Shown piece by piece: positions 56,874-64,000 of a stretch of 64,000 nucleotides of DNA. The notes beneath the pieces are model-generated. The model saw nothing but the letters and a program-made list of their open reading frames with translations, was not told where the DNA came from and ran no database searches. The DNA comes from Bacteroidaceae bacterium. Lineage in GTDB: Bacteria; Bacteroidota; Bacteroidia; Bacteroidales; Bacteroidaceae. The stretch's first letter is position 1. The number at the start of each line of letters is the position of its first letter. The translations under genes and the position numbers were made by a program. Where the stretch lies: contig JAFXHQ010000071.1 in NCBI GenBank assembly GCA_017536325.1, forward strand, positions 573 through 64,572, given 5' to 3'.

Positions 56874-58079
56874 ATGGGGAGCGAAAGATTAAAGAAGATT
56901 CTTTTTAAAGGAGACAAGATCATATGGGTTGTCTTCTTCATGCTCTGTGCCATTTCATGGGTAGAGGTATTCAGTGCAACAAGCCGCCAGACATATGAGA
57001 GCGGCAGCTATTGGCTTCCTATAATCAAGCACTCGGCATTCCTTCTCGGAGGCATATTCTTTGTATGGTTCATACACAACATGAAGGTACAATGGATAAA
57101 GAAACTTACATATGGCATCTATTGGGTTGGTCTGGCAGGACTCATTTGGGCACAGTTCGACCCCGACTCCAGAATAAATGACAGCGCACGCTGGATCAAC
57201 ATACTTGGCATGACATTCCAGCCCATGGAACTCGCAAAGATGGGCCTTGTGATGGTCACGGCACTGAAGTTGTCACAACATCAGGAGTCGGACGGGACAA
57301 AGGGTACCGCGCTTAAGCCTATCCTGCTCTACGCATTGCCTCCTATTGCCATCATCTTCAAGGAGAACCTATCTACAGCAGTGCTGCTCTCCGCAACAAT
57401 ATTCATGATGCTGTTCATTGCCCGCATCCCACGCAAGCAGCTTCTCTCGATTATCGGTATCAGTCTCGGTATAGGTGTAATCTGCTTCACCGTAATTATG
57501 CTATGGCCACAGAGTGACAGCAAGGAGGGATTCGGACAGAAAGTCGTGACATGGCAGAACAGAATAAAGGATGCAGTAGGAGGACCCGACAAGAAGACTG
57601 CAGCCGACTTTGACTCCGGCGACGACCAGATGGTCTATTCAAAGATAGCCATTGCATCGAGCCACCTTATAGGAAGCGGACCCGGAAATTCAATACAACG
57701 CGACTACATTCCTCATGCCGACTCTGACTACATATACGCCGTAATAATAGAAGAGCTCGGACTCCTGGGAGGTATCATTGTTCTTTTGCTTTACATGACA
57801 ATACTCTACCGTAGTGGAAGGATAGCAAGCAAGTGCGACGACCCTTACCCGGCATTCCTGGTCATGGGTATCGGAATGATTATTGTGATACAGGCATTGA
57901 TGCATATGTTCGTTTCAGTAAGCACATTCGTCACCGGACAACCACTGCCTTTATTGAGCAAAGGCGGCACATCGGTCATAATAAACTGCATATACATAGG
58001 ATTCATGCTATGTATAAGCCGATCCGTAAAGAAAAAAGGTGAGGAGCAAAACAAAGCAGAAAAGATAGAAGAAGTATAA
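56874..58079 (+). CDS. ftsW: FtsW/RodA/SpoVE-family peptidoglycan polymerase
   Basis: Multi-TM SEDS protein with FQPMELAK and DSDYIYAVIIEELG motifs, in the ftsW position of the dcw cluster. Confidence 0.9.
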   Translation: MGSERLKKILFKGDKIIWVVFFMLCAISWVEVFSATSRQTYESGSYWLPIIKHSAFLLGGIFFVWFIHNMKVQWIKKLTYGIYWVGLAGLIWAQFDPDSRINDSARWINILGMTFQPMELAKMGLVMVTALKLSQHQESDGTKGTALKPILLYALPPIAIIFKENLSTAVLLSATIFMMLFIARIPRKQLLSIIGISLGIGVICFTVIMLWPQSDSKEGFGQKVVTWQNRIKDAVGGPDKKTAADFDSGDDQMVYSKIAIASSHLIGSGPGNSIQRDYIPHADSDYIYAVIIEELGLLGGIIVLLLYMTILYRSGRIASKCDDPYPAFLVMGIGMIIVIQALMHMFVSVSTFVTGQPLPLLSKGGTSVIINCIYIGFMLCISRSVKKKGEEQNKAEKIEEV

Positions 58080-58111
58080 AAGGAAGTACAGCTGCACAAA
58101 ACATCATAGAC

Positions 58112-59266
58112 ATGAAAAAAGAGTACAGAATTATAGTAAGCGGAGGCGGTACAGGCGGACACATTTTCCCGGCCCTGTCAATAGCCGATGCCATACGCAG
58201 GAAACAGCCCAATGCAAAGATTCTTTTTGTCGGAGCCGACAACAGGATGGAAATGCAGAGAGTACCCGAAGCCGGGTACGAGATTATCGGTCTGCCAATT
58301 GCCGGATTCAACCGCAAGAACCTGTTCAAGAACTTCAAGGTCCTATGGAAGATTTTCAAGAGCCAGCGCATGGCAAAGAAAATCATAAAGGATTTTGCTC
58401 CGCAGGCTGCTGTAGGCGTTGGCGGATACGCAAGCGGACCTACACTGAAGATGGCCGCAAAGATGGACATCCCCACACTCATACAGGAACAGAATTCCTA
58501 TGCAGGTGTCACAAACAAGATTCTGTCAAAGAAGGCAAAGATGATATGCGTAGCATATGAGGGAATGGAACGTTTCTTCCCGCACGAGAAAATAAAACTC
58601 ACGGGCAACCCAATACGCAAGAGTCTTCTCGACATGCGCTCAAACCGCAAGGAGGCCAAACTTGCAATGGGACTCGACGTAGAACGCAAATGCGTACTCA
58701 TCGTTGGCGGAAGCCTGGGAGCAAGAAGCATCAATGAAGGTATTATGGCCAATATCGGACTTATAAAGGAGAACAAGGATATACAGTTCATTTGGCAAAC
58801 CGGCAAACTCTACTTTGAAGAGATGAAAGAGAGAACCGCTGCAGAAGGAAAGCCCGAGAACCTTATCATTACCGACTTTGTCTCCAATATGGCAAATGCC
58901 CTCAGTGCAGCAAATCTTGTCGTTTCGCGTGCCGGAGCCGGTTCAATATCGGAGTTCGCACTGCTTGGCAAAGCTGTAATACTTGTTCCCTCGCCCAATG
59001 TAAGCGAAGACCACCAGACAAAGAATGCCATGGCACTTGTCAACAAGAATGCCGCAATATACGTTGCCGATGCTAACGTAAAGGAGGAACTGGTAAAGAG
59101 AGCTATAGAGACAGTGAACGACGATGAGAGAATCGCATCTTTGGAGAAGAACATTGAAAAGATGGGCAAGCCGAATGCCGCAGAGGAGATTGCCGAAGAG
59201 GTACTTATGCTTGCCGATGCATATATTGAGAAACAGACAAGAAGAGAAAAGGAGAACCTGAAATAA
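58112..59266 (+). CDS. murG: undecaprenyldiphospho-muramoylpentapeptide beta-N-acetylglucosaminyltransferase
   Basis: SGGGTGGHIFPALS N-terminus, GGSLGARS, and SRAGAGSISE. Confidence 0.95.
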   Translation: MKKEYRIIVSGGGTGGHIFPALSIADAIRRKQPNAKILFVGADNRMEMQRVPEAGYEIIGLPIAGFNRKNLFKNFKVLWKIFKSQRMAKKIIKDFAPQAAVGVGGYASGPTLKMAAKMDIPTLIQEQNSYAGVTNKILSKKAKMICVAYEGMERFFPHEKIKLTGNPIRKSLLDMRSNRKEAKLAMGLDVERKCVLIVGGSLGARSINEGIMANIGLIKENKDIQFIWQTGKLYFEEMKERTAAEGKPENLIITDFVSNMANALSAANLVVSRAGAGSISEFALLGKAVILVPSPNVSEDHQTKNAMALVNKNAAIYVADANVKEELVKRAIETVNDDERIASLEKNIEKMGKPNAAEEIAEEVLMLADAYIEKQTRREKENLK

Positions 59267-60648
59267 TGCAACTGAAAGATATCAAATCGGTATATTTCCT
59301 TGGAGCCGGAGGCATAGGAATGAGCGCACTCGTGAGATACTTCCTCAATGAAGGCAAGTTTGTTGCAGGATATGACCGTACCCCGAGCGAACTTACATCA
59401 AAGCTCATCGAAGAAGGAGCCGTACTGCACTTCGAGGAGAATCTGGAGCTTGTACCTGACAGGTGCAAGGACCCCGACACAACCTTAATAGTATATACCC
59501 CGGCTATCCCGGCCGATCACAAGGAGTGGGAACTGTTCCGCAACGGCACCTTCACTATAAAGAAGAGAGCCGAGGTGCTTGGCATAATAACAAAAGGGAA
59601 AAGGGGAATATGTGCAGCAGGAACACATGGCAAGACCACAACTTCTACAATGACTGCACATCTGCTGCACCAGTCAAGCATAGACTGTGCTGCATTCCTG
59701 GGTGGCATATCAAAGAACTACCGGAGCAACCTCATAACCACCGACAAGAGCGATTTCGTAGTCATTGAGGCCGACGAGTATGACCGTTCATTCCTTCACC
59801 TCGAGCCATATGTCGCAACCATAACATCGGCAGACCCCGACCACCTCGATATATACGGCAACAAGGAGAACTATCTTGAAACTTTTGCACAGTTCACCGA
59901 AAAGATACGCCCGGACGGCTATCTTATCATACACGAAGGTCTCGAGGTTGCACCACGAACAAAACCTGGTGTGCAGACATTTACATACGGACGTGAAAGC
60001 GGCGACTTCCATGCCGAGAACATACGTATAGGCGGCGGTACAATACTCTTCGACTACGTATCACCATGGCAACGTATTCCCGACATTGAGCTTGGTGTTC
60101 CCGTAAGCATCAACATCGACAATGGTATTGCCTCCATGGCCATGGCAGAGATTTGCGGAGCGACTGCCGATGAGATGAAAGAGGCAATGAAAAGTTTTGC
60201 CGGAGCCGACAGACGTTTCGATTTCCACATAAAGAAGGAGAACCTTGTACTTTTGAGCGACTATGCCCACCACCCCGACGAGGTAAAGGCATGTGCAAGT
60301 TCCATAAGGGAACTGTACAAGGATAAGAGGATAACGGTATTGTTCCAGCCACATCTTTTCAGCCGTACAGCCGACTTCTACAAGGAGTTTGCCGATAGCC
60401 TCTCACTATTCGACAAGGTTATACTGGTAGAAATATACCCTGCACGCGAAAAGCCGATACCCGGTGTGACAAGCAAGCTCATATACGACTGCCTTGCACC
60501 TGGGGTGGAAAAGATGATGTGCCGCAGAGACGAGGTCCTCTGCATAGTAGAGAAAGAGAAGGAAAACATCGAGGTATTTGTATCCTTGGGAGCCGGAGAT
60601 ATTGAGAACGATGTTCCGCAAATGAAAAAGATACTTGAGCAAAGATAA
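59266..60648 (+). CDS. murC: UDP-N-acetylmuramate--L-alanine ligase
   Basis: FLGAGGIGMSAL, AAGTHGKTTT and DYAHHPDE motifs. The start overlaps the murG stop (TAATG). Confidence 0.95.
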   Translation: MQLKDIKSVYFLGAGGIGMSALVRYFLNEGKFVAGYDRTPSELTSKLIEEGAVLHFEENLELVPDRCKDPDTTLIVYTPAIPADHKEWELFRNGTFTIKKRAEVLGIITKGKRGICAAGTHGKTTTSTMTAHLLHQSSIDCAAFLGGISKNYRSNLITTDKSDFVVIEADEYDRSFLHLEPYVATITSADPDHLDIYGNKENYLETFAQFTEKIRPDGYLIIHEGLEVAPRTKPGVQTFTYGRESGDFHAENIRIGGGTILFDYVSPWQRIPDIELGVPVSINIDNGIASMAMAEICGATADEMKEAMKSFAGADRRFDFHIKKENLVLLSDYAHHPDEVKACASSIRELYKDKRITVLFQPHLFSRTADFYKEFADSLSLFDKVILVEIYPAREKPIPGVTSKLIYDCLAPGVEKMMCRRDEVLCIVEKEKENIEVFVSLGAGDIENDVPQMKKILEQR

Positions 60649-61382
60649 TGTTGAAGAAAATTCTGAAATATTCGGCATTGGCATTAGTGGTATGCTATAT
60701 CATTTTTGCACTTTTAATCATCCCGGGAAAGGATGATGCGGAGCTGTGCAACGAACTCATTGTCAATATCGACGAGAACAATGATATGTTGAGCGGCACG
60801 GATGTCTTGACAATGCTGCAGGATGAAGGACTCGACCCCAGAGGCAAACCTTTGGGCGAGATAAAATGCTTTGAAATAGAGCATTTCATGAACAGTATCT
60901 CTCTCATCAGCAGTTGCCAAACATACAAGACCGTCAATGGCAATATAGTTCTCGAAATCGATTGCCGGAGACCTATCCTTGCAGTCATAGGCAAGGATGG
61001 GGAACAGTTCTGCATAGACAAGGACGGAGCGATAATAGAAGGCATACCCTCAATGCTCTACCTGCCACTGGCTACCGGCAACATTACAGATAGTATGGCC
61101 ACGGCAGAACTTAAACTGATAGCAGAAGCCATAGACAATGACAGATTCTGGAAGGCACAGACCGAACAGATATACTTTGACGAGAATAGAAACATAATAC
61201 TCGTTCCCCGTGTCGGCAACCACATCATAGAGCTTGGCACAGCCGACAGCATAGCTACAAAGCTCGAGAACGTAAAAGCCTTTTACGGCAAAGGACTCAA
61301 CATTGTAGGCTGGAACAAATACAGCAAGCTGAATGCCGAGTATGAAAACAGAGTAATATGTACCAAACGTAACGAGAACTAA
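60648..61382 (+). CDS. ftsQ: cell division protein FtsQ
   Basis: One N-terminal TM helix, then a POTRA-like region, in the ftsQ position between murC and ftsA. Confidence 0.8.
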   Translation: MLKKILKYSALALVVCYIIFALLIIPGKDDAELCNELIVNIDENNDMLSGTDVLTMLQDEGLDPRGKPLGEIKCFEIEHFMNSISLISSCQTYKTVNGNIVLEIDCRRPILAVIGKDGEQFCIDKDGAIIEGIPSMLYLPLATGNITDSMATAELKLIAEAIDNDRFWKAQTEQIYFDENRNIILVPRVGNHIIELGTADSIATKLENVKAFYGKGLNIVGWNKYSKLNAEYENRVICTKRNEN

Positions 61383-61578
61383 ATAACAAGAAGCTGTTTA
61401 ATTTATATCGTCATGCTTTTATAGAGTAGAAACAGGGTGCATGTCTTATACTAAGGACGCATACCGGGATATGCGACCAAGAAAAAACAGACATCATAAT
61501 ATAAAAAACGGCAAAACAGACAGTTTCAACAGAAAAAAAATGATTAGGAATTCAAGCAGCTTCTAAAACTACACAGAT

Positions 61579-63009
61579 ATGGGAAAGACTTATTACATAG
61601 CAGCCATTGAGCTCAGTTCTTCAAAGATTTCCGGAGCCGTAGGTGTCGAGACCTTCGAAGGCATAAAGATTCTTGCTACAGCAAGCATGCCGGTCAACGG
61701 GTTCATCACTAAAGGCGTGGTACGCAATGTCGATGAGACGAGCAAAGCCATAACAGGCATAATCAATGTGCTCGAGCACAACCTTGGCGACAAGTACAAA
61801 GTAAGCATCAAGCGTGCCTACACATCACTGGCAGGTCTCTCGTTGCATTCGGTAAAGTCAAAGGTCACAAAAGGGTTCGAAGACTACACAAGGATATCAT
61901 CCGGCATAATCGACGAACTGGCAGATGAGAATGACAAGACATTCCAGTGTCCAGCCGGCTACGCAAGAGTGCGCACCATCCACCAGGAATACAAGCTCGA
62001 CGGCAAGATCGAGAACAACCCCGTAGGAGCGTCGGCAAGAATAATCGAAGGCAACTACCTCAACCTCATAATAAAAGAGCAGTACCTCAAACAGATGAAA
62101 GAGAGCTTTGCCGAAGCGGAGCTTGATATTGAAGACAGTTTCAGTGCTGCACGCATAGATGGCGACACCCTATTGGACAAAGATATGCAGCGCAACGGTT
62201 GCGCACTGGTAAATATCGGTGCCGACACTACCACCATATCAATATATACAAAGGGAACATTAAGAATGCTGAATGTACTGCCATTGGGTTGCAGCAATAT
62301 AACAAAAGACCTCTGCGCCGAACATATATCGTACGACGAGGCCGAAGAGATACTGATCACACGCGGATACAAGCCCTCCGGCAACGAGACTGCAGCAATT
62401 GTTGATTCAGCCATAACAAACAGCATCATATATGCACGAATGAGCGAGATACTGCAGAATGTAAAATTCCGCATAGAGGAATCGGGCGAACACGTTCACC
62501 ACATAATCTTCACAGGTGGCGGATCAAAGCTTAAGAACCTCGACTTGATGCTGAAGGAACTCCTTCCGAACTTCAAGACCGAAATAATCTCGGAGCCGCA
62601 GTTCAACCTCATAAGCGACAGCGGAGTCAATGTCAGCGGTGTAACAGCCACACTTTACGGACTGTTGCGACAAGGCAAGGTTAATTGCTGCGAAGAGGAG
62701 GTAAAGACAACTCCTGTAATAACCGAGCAGGCCATGTTCGCAAATGACGAACTTGATTTCCAGGAAGAGAAGACGCAGGAAGAGCAAGAACCCGAAATAA
62801 GCCGCGAAGAGAAGAAGCGTCTCGAAAGAGAAGAGAGAGAGAGACAAAAAGAAGAAGAGCGCGTAAGGAAAGAAGCCATACGTGCCCAGAAGCAGAAGGA
62901 GAAGGAGGAGAGAAAGAAGAACAAAAAGCCTAACCCGGTAGTCTCGCTATTCAGGGATTGGTTCGAGAATGCCACCGGAGAAGAAGAGAATGAAAACGAC
63001 AACGATTAA
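61579..63009 (+). CDS. ftsA: cell division protein FtsA (with long Lys/Glu-rich C-terminal linker)
   Basis: Actin-fold motifs IAAIELSSSKISG, VNIGADTTTISIY and IIFTGGGSKLKNL. C-terminal EEKKRLEREERERQKEEE..., then VVSLFRDWFENA. Confidence 0.9.
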   Translation: MGKTYYIAAIELSSSKISGAVGVETFEGIKILATASMPVNGFITKGVVRNVDETSKAITGIINVLEHNLGDKYKVSIKRAYTSLAGLSLHSVKSKVTKGFEDYTRISSGIIDELADENDKTFQCPAGYARVRTIHQEYKLDGKIENNPVGASARIIEGNYLNLIIKEQYLKQMKESFAEAELDIEDSFSAARIDGDTLLDKDMQRNGCALVNIGADTTTISIYTKGTLRMLNVLPLGCSNITKDLCAEHISYDEAEEILITRGYKPSGNETAAIVDSAITNSIIYARMSEILQNVKFRIEESGEHVHHIIFTGGGSKLKNLDLMLKELLPNFKTEIISEPQFNLISDSGVNVSGVTATLYGLLRQGKVNCCEEEVKTTPVITEQAMFANDELDFQEEKTQEEQEPEISREEKKRLEREERERQKEEERVRKEAIRAQKQKEKEERKKNKKPNPVVSLFRDWFENATGEEENENDND

Positions 63010-63029
63010 TTATAATGATACAAGGGAGT

Positions 63030-64000
63030 ATGGATATGAATGAACAAACAAAAAAGAGACTGCCATTCTCGATACCCACAGATGCCCCGAGAATAATAAA
63101 GGTTGTAGGTGTTGGAGGCGGTGGCAGCAATGCAGTACACAACATGTACCGCAAAGGCATACACAACGTATCATTTGCGGTATGCAACACCGATGTGCAG
63201 GCAATGCAGAACTCACCTATACCCAAAAAGGTACAATTGGGAGTTGAACTTACCGAGGGACTTGGTGCCGGCAACGACCCTGAGTTTGCACACAAGGCAG
63301 CCGAAGCCAGCAGCGAAGAGATAAAGGCCCTCTTCAACGACGGAACGAAGATGGCATTCATAACTGCCGGAATGGGCGGCGGTACAGGTACCGGTGCAGC
63401 ACCGGTGGTTGCAAAGATTGCCAAAAGCATGGATATTCTCACTATCGGCATCGTGACCATACCATTCAAGTTCGAGATGAGCGGCAAGATAAAACAGGCA
63501 CTCAAGGGAGTAAAAGAGATGTCGAAATATGTCGATGCACTGCTTGTCATAAACAACCAGCGACTGATAGACATCTACCCGAAACTTGAAGTGACCGAAG
63601 GATTCCGCATAGTCGATGACGTGCTCACGACAGCCACAAAGAGTATCGCAGAGATAATCACAGCCCGCGGTACCATCAACCTCGACTTCCGCGATGTAAG
63701 GAAGATACTCAAAGACGGCGGTGTCGCCATCATGAGTTACGGTATTGAGAAGGGCGAAGGAAGAGTATCCCGTGCATTCAAGAGCGCGCTTCATTCACCG
63801 TTGCTGAATGACAACAACATATACAAATCGAAGAAAATTCTGTTCAACATATACGAGAACCCCAACACACCCATACGCGTTGAGGAGATGGGAGAGGTCG
63901 ATAACTTCATGTCACAATTCCAGGAGGAGAACATAGAGCTCATATGGGGTTACAGCCGAGACCACAACCTTGGCGAGGGCGAGGTCAAGGTAACCGTGCT
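63030..64000 (+). CDS. ftsZ: cell division GTPase FtsZ (3' end beyond the window)
   Basis: My translation from ATG 63030 gives IKVVGVGGGGSNAV, GLGAGNDP and the tubulin signature GMGGGTGTGAAPVVA. The frame is open to the window end. Confidence 0.95.
   Translation, partial: MDMNEQTKKRLPFSIPTDAPRIIKVVGVGGGGSNAVHNMYRKGIHNVSFAVCNTDVQAMQNSPIPKKVQLGVELTEGLGAGNDPEFAHKAAEASSEEIKALFNDGTKMAFITAGMGGGTGTGAAPVVAKIAKSMDILTIGIVTIPFKFEMSGKIKQALKGVKEMSKYVDALLVINNQRLIDIYPKLEVTEGFRIVDDVLTTATKSIAEIITARGTINLDFRDVRKILKDGGVAIMSYGIEKGEGRVSRAFKSALHSPLLNDNNIYKSKKILFNIYENPNTPIRVEEMGEVDNFMSQFQEENIELIWGYSRDHNLGEGEVKVTV

Noticed and set aside
1-64000. DGR components (reverse transcriptase, Avd, template repeat) that would partner the VR-like segment
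   Set aside because: No ORF in the track has RT motifs, and I saw no second copy of the 24318-24485 sequence while reading the window. The DGR idea therefore remains a remote-target hypothesis, not an annotated system.
1-64000. tRNA, rRNA, tmRNA, RNase P, SRP RNA, transposases, integrases, toxin-antitoxin or defence-system genes
   Set aside because: I looked through all intergenic regions longer than 100 nt and all ORFs, and recognised none of them.

Overview
This 64-kb segment looks like chromosome from a Bacteroidales (Bacteroidota) genome. Evidence: TAnnTTTG -7 promoter boxes instead of Shine-Dalgarno-led starts, many lipoprotein or signal-peptide N-termini, a pdxJ-exbB-exbD-tonB block, a T9SS sorting-domain relic, and a Bacteroidota-style dcw cluster with an FtsL-like gene and a PASTA-tailed FtsI. 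Most of the window is housekeeping. On the minus strand lie nadD-gmk-yicC. On the plus strand lie tsaB, DUF4290, murA, rimM, an M23 peptidase, dxr, rseP, a serpin and an alkaline phosphatase. A further minus-strand block holds an M23/LysM peptidase, ndk, recG, ispD, a DJ-1 protein, tonB-exbD-exbB and pdxJ, followed by nadK. Later come a PfkB kinase, a LOG protein, an MsbA-like ABC exporter, a CotH protein, trmH-like, a CoA-transferase, a thioesterase, mfd, pepC-like, nhaA and an M28 peptidase. The complete dcw cluster (mraZ rsmH ftsL ftsI murE mraY murD ftsW murG murC ftsQ ftsA ftsZ) runs from 48.8 kb to the window end. The one clearly accessory stretch is about 24.05-32.7 kb. It holds a eukaryotic-like Ser/Thr kinase whose extracellular lectin-fold (DUF1566/FISUMP-like) domain is separated from it by a frameshift. 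It also holds a truncated Cthe_2159-type gene fragment and a czcBA-type metal efflux operon with His-rich repeats and no outer-membrane factor. The most interesting signal is the 3' end of the kinase ectodomain, which has the composition expected of a diversity-generating retroelement (DGR) variable region: adenine depletion, loss of Asn, and NNC codons. No reverse transcriptase or template repeat is visible in this window, so this stays a hypothesis. Other points of note are REP-like palindromic elements and heptanucleotide microsatellites translated inside the kinase linker, tandem coding repeats in ExbB and TonB, a switch-like leader with a coupled uORF in front of cotH, and a clear MraZ operator. 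I found no tRNA, rRNA, CRISPR array, transposase or integrase.
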